Assembly: GCA_020137815.1 (NCBI GenBank)
Contig: CM035350.1
Coordinates: 9,114,001 to 9,178,000, forward strand
Length of the DNA stretch: 64,000 nucleotides
Reading direction: 5' to 3'
DNA from: Hormiphora californensis
Taxonomy: Eukaryota > Animalia > Ctenophora
The position numbers and the translations under genes were made by a program. Under the pieces are notes generated by a model. That model was not told where the DNA came from. It ran no database searches and worked only from the letters and a program-made list of their open reading frames with translations. Position 1 is the first letter of the stretch. Every line of letters begins with the position of its first letter. This document shows positions 14,101 to 26,200 of this stretch, in pieces.

Positions 14101-15482
14101 CAATCAACTCCACCAGCCGCTTCCCAAAGTACTTAGGTGGTTCACTGCAGTAAGAGTCGTCGTCAATCAGCTTGGGTACTCTCAGATCACAATCACAAAC
14201 CACTGGATTATCAAACATGTTCCTGCACACGTGGAATATTAGTCGCGTATCATCTCAAAACTCATTGATTCCGTGGTGTAGTTCTAAGTTCACTCTTTCG
14301 ATCTGACCAAGGCACAGATTCCTGTGGAATTTACTTACAGGCTGACAGATTCCTGTGACATAAACTCCATGGGAATATTGGTAAGCTGGTTTTTTGAAAG
14401 GTCGATCGTTTTTACTGGCATTGATTTCCTCTCCATGAATCTCGTCAAGTCCCCTTGAATTCTCGTAATATTGTTATCCCTCAGATATCTGTTGATAATC
14501 GTGGTTTAATAGACAAGCAATAGGGAATACAGTGGCAAAACAATCCAAGAATTGATGATAAGAAAGATGTACCTTTACTTACAAGGAAGAAAGCTCCTGA
14601 AGCGGCTCAAACACCTCCGATCTCAGCTCATTTAGGGAGTTACCGCCCAAATATCTGAAGAAACGAACGTGGGGTAAGACTAAGAATTACTGCATACATG
14701 ATATTTAAATGTACTGGTGCCCCGCCTTAGCCTCGTGGACTCGATATCCAAATGGAGATCAGGAATCTTCTTAATTTTGCCTACATTTTCGTTAGTTTCG
14801 GACATCCCTTGAACATGGAATCCGGCAGGGATGTCAGTCCCATACCATATATCTTTATCATTTGAAGCTTGGAAATATCGTGGAATGCCTCTGATGACAA
14901 TACCAATGTGTTGTCCCACTGATAGTTTTCAATAATCCTAAAGGCAGAGGTTTTAAGATAACGAAACGAAATGTTCCAATTTTTCAATGAATTTTAAATA
15001 ACTTACAGTGTTTCAAGTCGCGGAAGTTTCCTAAAGGCATTTGCAGGTAAGAAGTCTATCCGAACGTTGTGTAAATGCCTGGGTGATATTGTTTATTTTG
15101 GTTGGTGAGTGTGATTTAAATCATTGATTGCTGGGACAAGTATTTGCTTAAAATCGTATACAATGACTTACAATTTGTTAAGTACTGGTAAGTATGGCAT
15201 ACTCCATGTCGTAGCATGGTCGTTTCTTATCTTTCTGGGAAAGGTTTTTGTTGTCATGACGGATATTGGTTCCGCAATTTAACAAGAAATGGAAGCAGCA
15301 GACTACTATACTTACAGTTCTTTTATTCCGCCTGTTGACCGTAGTCCTCCAGCGAAAAAGTTCGAATTCTCACACTCGGAACGTCTGGTTATTCGATCAA
15401 AATGGCAAGTGGTAGTGGCTGTGTTTACCAAAACTGCTAACAACAAAAAAGGGGACGTGATCATGCTAGAGGGAGTTGCCAT
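5115..15482 (-). CDS. Secreted modular serine protease: signal peptide - LRRs + LRRCT - Cys-rich module - ~15 Sushi/CCP - trypsin-like S1 domain
   Basis: Signal (MATPSS)MITSPFLLLAVLVNTATT with ATG at 15482 or 15464. LRR exons: LHNVRIDFLPANAFRKLPRLETL, IYGMGLTSLPDSMFKGCPKLTKM, YLGGNSLNELRSEVFEPLQEL, DLSKNQLTNIP. LRRCT NPVVCDC..C..P..C at ~14077-14222. CCPs of type C..P...C..GY.L.G....C...P.C across 6000-13970. Protease domain: NPR|VFGG activation site, TAAHC, DNDLGL, DACQGDSGGP. Stop at 5115. Confidence 0.85.
12438..13028. mobile_element. Helentron/HINE-like non-autonomous element (boundaries uncertain)
   Basis: Short inverted ends tttccctgcc ... ggcagggaaa, internal (GGAC)n microsatellite, hairpins near the right end (tttttagcacg-t-gcgtgctaaaaa; cccgggtgaatgcc-ttc-ggcattcacccggg). 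Confidence 0.4.
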
Positions 15483-16305
15483 GGTTACAACCCCAGATTG
15501 CAGGGAGATATAATTAGGAATTCTGGAGGCTCATCTCGATGGAATGGGGGCCAGATAAAATATCAAACACACGGAAAGGGATCAGCAAAAAGAGGGGGAT
15601 TGTTTTTCCGGCGTTGCTGACGTAATAATAAGCCCCGCTATGTGTGAGGGATTTTAAGTATCGAAATGTTTCATGTGACTATGCGTGCCTAGCACGTAAT
15701 ATATCCGTATTATTACTGGAATGCGGAAGTTTAGTAAAGTTCCGCATTCCAGTTCAAGTTTACGCTCAAGTTACAAATTGGAAACTGACGCCAGTTTGGA
15801 AACTGACGCCATTTTCTAGCTGGGACTCCTGATGAACCATGCTGCGTGCGTCATCTACGATCACGTGACCGAATTTCCAAATTTTTATTTGGGGCCTTAT
15901 GTGTATTCATGGAGAAAAGTCAGGGAATCGAAGTTTATTGGCAGTTTTTCAGTGAATTCTTTGGAAACTGTCCACTGGAGTGAAATGATATATGTCTATC
16001 CCAGCTGCACTTGCTGCCAGTTCTTCGAGGGGGATAGACATTTCAAGGGCCCTCCTTCTACCTCGTCAATGGAACGTGTTGCACCAGCCAGCTCTGCAAG
16101 AAGCAGGCGTTTAGAGGTAACACGCAGGCAATTGCACGTGACATTGTGCACATGTAGTTACACTGTGAGAGAGAGGAAGAGAGAGAAAGGGACAACACAG
16201 GATGCATGAGCGTAGCAAGCTTGTTACTATAGAGAAAGCACACGAAGAAGGACACAGACATCTGTTCAAGCACAGTTGTTATTTCTCTTTTCATCTTCTT
16301 GCACT

Positions 16306-19300
16306 ATGCTGTCCCTCCAGGTGATTAAATTTCCATGTTTTTTAGCCCTATAATCTTGTGTTTTTGAAACCCCATGCCCACTGCTTTGTACTCATGCTGA
16401 CAACCCCCTGTGTGTTCCGATCAGGCTCTGGTCCTGTTGTTGGGACTTGTCTTTGGTTGCCATGGAGACATGCTCAGAAACACCTTCACTGCCAGCACTA
16501 CCACGGTTGAGGCTGGTGAGGCTATTACGTTTAGGATCAGGAGTCAATTTGAACCTGGATTCCCCGCTGAACTGGATGATGATGAGGTGAGCGAACTGTA
16601 ATATTTAGAGGGCATTTAGGAGTAGGTTGAATCTGTGCGAAAATACCACTAAAAGTCACTCCTGGATTGGAATTTGTGTCAAGTTTGCAGCGACCTATTT
16701 TTATTACCAGTAGCAAAGGACTTGGTATTCTCTGAACAACAATTTCTATTTCAGGTGACAGTTAACTTTGATGGACTTGACGGATTGAACTATGACTCGA
16801 GCCTGGTGGACAGTTATATCCAATGTAACCTCCAGGAAAACGCTATCGGTCGAACGGGAGGATTTATGATCACAATCGATGGGTTTACCACCTCCCGGGA
16901 GCTAAACTGTAATGTAACCCTCAGAGCATCCAGTACCCTCTCCCCGGGATCTGATTTCACAACCAAGATCTGGATGAATTGGGATCAAACCAAGGCCGAG
17001 GATAACGCCGTCAGCACGAGCCATATCTACGAAGAAGCCCTTGCCATATCGGTAGCTGATGTCAAGCTAAGTCTACAACTGGATAGTGGTCTGGAGACCT
17101 TCTACACGTGTGGACCTCCTTATCTTGGTATCAATATCATCCTGGACTTCCCCAAATCGGATCTTAGTGAGCTGGAGGTTGAGTTGAGGTGGCCCCTGGG
17201 CTCGACCAACCCTGACACGGAGATCCTGGCTATCTACACTAGTAATGACGAGATTGGAGATGTTGCTGAGGCTAGCGGGGTGAATGCTGGTGCTCTAACG
17301 GCCTCCCAGGAGACTGGAGATTTGACTGGCGGAGTGTTCAAGTTAACGAATATCGAGGCAACAGGTCAGAGTTCCGCTTCGTACGAGGATATCATTATCA
17401 GGACGCATCTCCAGGTCACGGACGAGTTTAACCCGTTAAACTTTGGTAGCATGGTCACGATCACAGCAACCCTCACCCACCCTGCTTCCTCTGGTGCTAC
17501 CGTCATCTCAAAGAGCTTTACGGAGAAGATCTCCTTTGAAATCCTTGGACCCCAGGTTGACCAGCGGTGGGAGTGCGACCAGTACGTCAACGGTGGGAAG
17601 ACCGTCTACTGTTACGTTTGGGTCGCTAACCGTTACAACGCCACCAACCCCGCCAAGAACATCAAGCTGATAGTAGCTGATGTTAATGATGAGGTGGAGT
17701 TGAAGGAGGACGAGATTGAGATCTCGGAGGAGTGGAGTGTTGGGGGCGCAGACTCCATCCCCACCACCCTTCACACTTCCTATACCGGGGATATTGGCAC
17801 CTCGGGCATGGACATCCTCTCCTCTCTTTCAGTGGACCACCAGGTCCTCATCAAGATCCCCATTGTCATTGGAACGGCCACGGTGGGTCCCATTGACGCT
17901 GCCAAGATGACGATCAAGTACGAGAACGACTACACAGCGGACCCGTGCACCAAGGACCTGGGAGAGACTCAGCTGGACTTCATCATGATGATCCCCACCT
18001 TTCCCATGGAGGAGGATGAGCTAGAGGAGTACTTCCCCCAGAATATTGTCATCGGGGAGAACATCACCGTGGTCTTCCCCATGCAGATCCCCCAGGGGGT
18101 TGTGGACATGAAGGTTATCCTGACTGCGGATGCTTCTGGAACAGAAAACTCGACATACGATCGACACACGAGGGATGCACCAGATCAGACCTACTGGACG
18201 GCCCTGGAGTTGCTGAGTGTCAATGTCACCTCGGAGTATGATTTCACCCAGGAGCACAGACCTCTCTCGGATAGCGGGTGGGGCTTCACTTTCCCCGAGT
18301 TCACCAACAGTATCCACCAAACTGAGACCAACATGGATGTGGTTAACTTTGCGGTTAACTTTAGGATGAACAACATGGATTTCCTGGATGCGGGGGATAT
18401 TGTCAACCTGACATGGAGTTTTGATGTCAACGAGTACACCTACACCAGGGTGTTTGCGGTTGTGGTTGGGGAACCAGACATTGGTTTCCAGTTCCAAACC
18501 TACGAGGACGGTGGCAGGATATACTGGACAGTAAACGCTGTCCAACAGCCCGGTGTGAGCCGTAGTAACGCGTATAAAGTCACCTACACAGTGCTGTTCA
18601 ATGATGATATCCCCGTTGTAGATGACAGTTACACAACCGCCAACTTCTCCACCACCATGGTGGATGGAGATACGGTGGACCGGTATCTGTGGTATACTGA
18701 CGATCTCAATGTCTCCGACACCTTCCAGTTTGGATTCACCTCCTACCTGGATGATAGTGGAGAGTTGGGCGTGAGAGCGGAGTACAGTGCCCTCCCGGAC
18801 AACTACGATAATCCCAGGACCTACACCACAACCTACTACTACCCAGTGGCTCTCCATCAAACCTGGAGTGCCCGGAACCTCCGTCTAATCCTCGCCGCTA
18901 CCGCTTGTTTCTTCATCGGTGTCCTCTGTGCTATGCTGGTCATGTTGGTCTGCTGTAAGCGTACCACCGTCCTGCCCCTACCCACTAAATTTGAGCTGTA
19001 CTCCCGCCGGCCAGCTATCCGGCTGGAGAGCTGGATCAGGGACCGGGGTGACATGCTCCTGACTGCTGAGTTGGCTGATGATCTGGTGCAGGCCCTGACT
19101 GAACGGGACTACAAGAGCTCCCTGGTATACCTGGACAAGCTGGATATCGCCCACACGGTTGAGGTTGAGGAGGAGTTAGCCAGGCAACAGCGGCAAGTCA
19201 TCATGGAGAGTGTGGGGTGGTTGATCACAGTTTCAGATCTTCAGGATGAGGGTAAATCCCTCTTCCAGCAGCTGGACAGGGAGTACCAGGCTGAGAGCGT

Positions 19301-20866
19301 GGAACTGACTGACAAGTACATTGTGGAGGAGAAGGAACTGGAGCTGGAGCTGCAGAAGAAGGCCAAGGTCGATCAGGAGAAGTTAATTGATGAACAGGAT
19401 GCTGATCTCGATGGACTTGTCACAGTCCTTCAGATGGTGCCTTTCCAGGACCGAGTTGACTACATTGACCTGATGAAGAAACAACACGACCTCCAGAGGG
19501 GTGACTTCGAGGTGGTTCTGAGGTTCCAGTTGGAAGAGGCTAGGGAGCAGCTGAGGAGGGACTACACCATCAGGAGGAGGGTGGCCCTGAACGTTCTTAT
19601 CAGGGAGTTCTTTAATAACCTAGCGGAGAAAGCTAATCTTAGTGAGGAAGTGAGGGAAGACCTGATGAACAGGAGCAAACATTACATTGAGGTTATTGAC
19701 GAGGCATTCCACGAGGAGGTCTGCAGGCAGAAGTTTGTACTGGAGGAGAGACTACTGAAACGTGAGGCTATCCTTAGGATAAAGGAAGAACGAACAAAGT
19801 ACCACAACAACCTCATGTCTAGTGTGTCCAACTCAATGAAACAGACCATCAACAGGCTTATCAGGGAGTCCCTTATCAAGAGGAGTTATGGGGAGGATCT
19901 TTTGAGTCAGATCAACATTGCTTCTAACGAGAACCTGGCTACCATGATGACTGTCATGAAGAATTATGAGGAGTCTGTGAGGGATACTGTGAGGAACAAG
20001 GCACAGGAGAAGGCTAAGAAGCAACTGAACAGCCACCTTGAGGCATACGAGATGTTCCAGCAGAAGTTCAATGCTAAGATATCCCGGAAGGAGGTGAGTC
20101 CGGCTGAGTTCCTGGAGAGGAAGATCAGGTTCCACATTGGGAGGCGGATGGAAGAAGAGCAGCTTGTGGATGAGATGGATGATCTAATTTCCCAGGAACT
20201 CGCCATGATCTGGGAACACTACACCAGTGAGAGTCTCACGAGATTCAGGGAGACACAGGATAAGATCTTTGAGACGCTCATCAAGAAGGCCATTATTGGG
20301 GGTAGCCAGACTGAGGTGCAGAGGCAGCGGAACTTTAGGGATCAGAGCAAGTTAGAGGCTGAGAAGAATGCGGCGATTAAAATGATTGAGGATGCACTGA
20401 AACAGAGGATTAGTGAGAGTGAGGAGAGGATCTCAAGTCAAATAGAAGCAGAGAAGGTTGAGGAATCTGCTATCAAGGAACAAGAAGCAAGGATGGTCGA
20501 GTAAGTTATTCACCTACTGCATGTACCAAGTATCAATCAATATCACAACCCTTTTAGTGGGGTAATAACCCATTTTCACAAAACTCTTTCTAGACGAATC
20601 ATCCCATTCCCTGTCTAGACGTCTCACCCCCATCTCTCCTTCTAGACGACTCACCCCATCTCCTTACCACTCAAGACCCCATGTTACCTCCATCTCCTTT
20701 TAGACGACTCACCCCATCTCCTTACCACTCAAGACCCCATGTTACCCCCTTCTCCTTGTAGACGACTACTTGAGAACCAGCTGGTTATGGATCAGGAAAC
20801 GAGGGCGAAAGTAATGCGAGAACACAAGAGGAACCTACTTGAACTGGAAGAGGGGTACGTGTAGTA

Positions 20867-20942
<76 letters not shown>

Positions 20943-23147
20943 GTCTCTCTGACGCAATATCATCGTGACTATATATCTGGTATGGCTTTGCTACAAAATA
21001 TGCAAATCTATTGATGATCACATCTCTTTCGGTTCAGGATCACTTCCTTGGTCTAGATATATTATTGCAGAGCTTGATATCTCTCTTAAGATGTCTGCAA
21101 CATACAGACACTGTAATAACAAATTACAAACCCCTAACACGTACACCTCCCCATCATGCATCTAACACGTACCTACATCTCCCCATCTACAGGTTGACAG
21201 TTCAGAAACTACGATACAAGCAAAAGAAGATGACCCTCCAGCTGGAGAGGGTGAAAGAGAGGCTGTGTAAGATAAATAGTGCACAGGACAAGGAACGAGA
21301 TATGTACAAGGCGGGCGATGGGAGGACTGACGAGACGATACAGTCTATCCTCATCAGACACCAGGATGATAGGACCGCCCTGATCAGATCTGAACAGGTT
21401 CTAACGATCAACGAGGTATATATCTTGGCAACCAGCCAACAACACTGGACCATGATGTGATAGTTTCATACATTACTTGCAGCCCCAGCAGGGTTATATC
21501 GCACTGGCTGGGTATTGGCTGTTACTGCCCACTAAATCTTTACTTTCTAGGTGGAGGCAATACATGACGAGATATTGGAGGAGAAATCATTAGTCCTGTC
21601 AGACCAGAAACGCCGTCTTGCATCAATGTTGGCTTGTCTCCAAGTGGAGAAGAGTAGGGAGGTGGCAACGTTGAGGGGACAACTCAACTCGCTCACAAAA
21701 GTAGAGGTATAACAATTAGTGACGTTTTACACAGTCATTTTACCGGGATGCTTGGGGGAAGGGTTTTGCCCGGTAAATCGGGGCCAAATACTACATCGGG
21801 GGAATTGTATCCTCTCGGTAAATCGGGGTCAAATACTAGGCAAGGTAGGATATAGTTCACTCGCGAGCACTCAGAGTGTCGGAGCTATCACATTAATAAC
21901 GAAAGTCGCGGTTGTCCGTTAGGTTTCCAACCCGACATTCCCAGAATGATAAGGCTAGGTAGAGGTAACTTTGTTACCAAGCAGCTCAAGGTAAACCTTG
22001 CACAGTAGCCAATGATAGGAGAGCATCACGGGGTTGAGGCCTCTACGAAGAAGAAGAAGATAGGAGAGCATTAAAAAAGGCTTCTAAGATGGGCCTAGGA
22101 TAATGATATTATTATCGAACGATAGTTAGGTATGCGCTTGGATTGGAATATGCACATAGGAAAAATACCATACCCTACTCCCCTCTCCAGTTGAATCTGA
22201 TTGACGACTTGACCAACAGAAAAGTGATGAAGGAGGAGGACGTGAAAACGATGATTGACACTCACATTGAGGTAAGTGAGAGAGAGAGAGATAGATGGGA
22301 GATCGCTGATTGTTATTATGCATGGAGAGCAAATACTAGAACCGAAACTTTCCTTTACCTCTCCCTCACTGACTCCCTCACTCTCACTCCCAGCCCCTTA
22401 CTCCCCTCCCATACTCACTCCCTCCCTTCATCAGAACATAGAGGGCCAGATTGTGAGCCTGAACGAGCAGAAGGATCGACAGAAGGGGACCCTAGTAAAG
22501 AGGATGGATGAGAAACTAAGGGCACATGAGGAGGAACTAATCGCACGACATCAGGTACACAACCATGGCAGGCCTATATATAGTATTAGTTGAGCTGCAA
22601 GGACAAATTCTCAACTGGAGTGTGACGTGACTTGCTTGGGGATCTCCCACGCACTGCAAAGTGCAAAGGGCTGTGAATCCGTCACTAAGTGGCGTATTAA
22701 GGATAAGGTTTCAAGTATTCCAACAACAATAAAGGCACTACAACATTGAATTGTTCATATACTGTCAGTGTCAGGCGACCCAAAACTTGGTTATGAAATC
22801 ACCCTCTCCAAAATATGTTCATATTAATTGTAAGTTCTGAGAGGCATGTTTTCCTGGAAAGCTTGGAAAACAAGATAAAATTTAGTCGGGATGACACTTT
22901 CCCACGACATATTTACTTTCTGCCTTTTTTACTGCAGAGTTCTAGCCCAACACCCATGCTAATAAACAGCAGTCTGTTTCTACTTACCTCCTCCCCATTC
23001 TAACTTACCCTCTCCCTCATTGTTAGCAACAAGCAGAGGAGATAACTGAAAAATCGGAAAAATCCCCCGCATACATGTACAAGAAAATGCTGTTACTGCA
23101 AAAACACAAAAACGAGAGGAAGCAACTGAGGTTTGTCATTAGCTTTC

Positions 23148-23228
<81 letters not shown>

Positions 23229-26200
23229 CTATCTCTCTCACTATCTTCGTCTATAACTCACTGACCACTCACTTTGTCGACCAAGCCGGATTAGAACATT
23301 GTGATATCGGATTGGGTGAGAAAGGCAGGGGACAGAGGGGATGAGGGAGAAAGAGAGAGAAAGGGAAGTGATAGGGAAGAAGAACACGTTAGGGAAGAAG
23401 AACACGTTGATGGGTATCATTTTCTTAGTTACAGTCACTGATCTCTTTTTCGCCACAAGGTGTACCGATACAGAATACTTTGGATAGGCCACGCTTGCAC
23501 TTTGTCGGTCGCTTTTATTCACGTTCCATTCTTGCCTTGCTAGACCCTGTTTGAACAGAACAACCTTTCAAGCCACAATCACGTTGATTCAGGCCATAAT
23601 CACGTTCCAATCCGGCCATAATCTAGTTCCATTCCGGCCATATTGTGAGTACAGTCGGACCCCGATTTAGTGGCCCCCGATTTAGTGGCAGGATTTTCCC
23701 CCCGATATAGGAAATTAACATTATTTGACCCCGATTTAGTGGCACTCCGATTTAGTGGCAGGATTCCCCCCCCCCCCCCCAAGGATGCCACTAAATCGGG
23801 GTCCGACTGTATAATGTCTTAGAATAAAGATCACAGCATTATTACCATAACTAGTACTATCACGTACTATACAGCAACTTGTACTTGACTTGCTATCTCC
23901 TTTATATAAAAGAGATAGTATCAACAATACAAATCACTACTTTACACTGCTTTCTGGCACACGCGGCTGGGGGGAGGTGGTGGTCACCTTTGCGCTTGCC
24001 AGCGCAGTGATATATATAATACACCTCCATCCTCCATGGTCCAATTATCATTCTGGGAAGTCATCCCCATACCCAGAAAACGACCGAGAGTTTGATAATT
24101 TTCTACCCATAATATACCTTCATCTTATACAGGGACAACATTCGAATTGAGAGTGAGCAGAGTGTTGAGGAGCTCGAGAGGAAGTTTGAGCTGAACAGAC
24201 TGAAGGTGATCAAGAAGAAGGAGCTGATGTTCATCTCCCTGTTGGTGTCCAAGGCTGACTTTGATAAGGATGAATTGTCTGATGTGTTCAAGGCCATGTT
24301 TGTTACCAGGTAATTAGTTAATTAGTTAGGCTGTTAATTAGTTAATTAGTTAATTAGTTAGGCTGTTAATTAGTTAATTAGTTAATAAGTTACAGTTTAT
24401 TGAAAGGCATCTTGTCAATTTCCTTCTGTAATATTCTCCTGATATGAGAATAACTTTCGAATATTGGAGGTTAGTTAATTAGTTAATTAGTTAGGCTGTT
24501 AATTAGTTAATAAGTTAGGCTGTTAATTAGTTAGGCAGTTAATTAGTTAGGCTGTTAATTAGTTAGTTAGTTAGGCTGTTAATAAGTTAGGCTGTTAATA
24601 AAAATGATTAGTTAAATAGTTAGGCCATTAATAACTATAATTACATAGTTAATTTGGTTGCCTGTGTAATTAACTATAATTAGTTGAATTAACTACAGTT
24701 TATTGAAAGGCATCTTGTCAATTTCCTTCTGTAATATTCTCCTGATATGAGAATAACTTTCGAATATTGGAGCGTTAGATCATACCAAATACTTTACAGG
24801 TCAAAAGATGAACTGGACACTCTTCTGGAGAATGCTAAATACCTGACTGATGAACAGAAAGAGAAGAGGGGACCCATCTCTATCCTGAGCAAGGCTAAGG
24901 AGGAACTTGTCAAGCGACAGAGCTCACAGAGGTATTAACGAGTTAAACTACTGCACGGAGAAACATTAGTGAGGAATGAATTTTCTGAGACAGCAGCAAT
25001 TACATCTGTTTAGTATAAATATGCACGCATGTAGGGGAAGGGGGGCAGGGTACGCCATGGCCCCAGTACTTTTCAGGAAATGGCCCCGGTACTTTTCATG
25101 ATTTGACAACGACTTTTTGGCCTAATAACCGAAAATTTTCTTGGGCTCCGCTGTCGCATCGCCCGATCTATTCAAATTTTCAATAGAAAAGTCAATGTAC
25201 CGTGTGCGGCAAAAAAAAGCCCCCCCCTATGTTGAGTTATGGTTTTAGAGCGGAGATCATTTTACAGTGGAAAGAGAGAAAGGGTGTGAAGAGTGTGAAG
25301 ATATTTGACAGTGTATAGAGAGAGTGTCACATTGCATGTATGTGTGGCATGTGCATGTTGTTAAGGGTGCAGAGCACCCTCCTAGAGGATCAAGACAGAG
25401 GATCATGTTACCCTATGAAGAGGATCTCAACAGAGGATCACAACCCAGTAGCAGTAGTAATGAATATAGAAGCAACTCAATCCCCACGTCAAGAAGACGC
25501 ATGCTCGCAGCAGGAGTCTTGTCACCTCGAAGTCAGATCTACAATCTAAGATGCAGCGCTGAAGCAGTCACGTCATCATCAATCTCCACATCAAGATATA
25601 ATTGTTTACAAGACGTGCTAGTTGCAGACACAACACCGAGGACTTGTTTGGACATCAAAGAAGATGTTATGACTGCAGACCAAGCTACGAGGAAGTATAA
25701 AGGAGGAAGAGGAAGGATTGAGGGGGAGCGACAACCAGCGCACTATCAAGAGACTACTACCTACTACCTATTGTAGTTTATCTATTTACAGTTTTTATCT
25801 CTTGTGTTTCTCCAGTCTTCATTCAGTCCAGATCCTTGCACAACAAGGATCGAGATATAGTTCTGCTATTAGCGAGAGTTCCTGATACTACGGACGGTTA
25901 CAGTACGGTTCGGTTATACAGTACGGTTACGCGGTACGGTTACACAGTACGGTTGCACGTGTGTTTTGCAGGGTCATTCATTCAGACACAGTATATTCAC
26001 TTTAACACCTAGACCACCATAGTTGCCGATGTGGTGGAGAGCTGTAACTTGGCAGGGTTGCTCCACTATGTCTATCTTGATCCTGACAGAAAAATCAGAG
26101 CTCTAGCTCAAAATTCATTTTTTTGATAGGAATGAACATTGTCATTCATTCCAAGAAAAAAATATTTTCGGTCCAGAATTCAAGCAATTATCTTTGGCCA

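Noticed and set aside
18021-18860. 279-aa antisense ORF
   Set aside because: Shadow ORF of the codon-biased giant EVC2 exon.
25324-25776. 150-aa ORF
   Set aside because: Lies within the solo LTR and has no gag/pol features.
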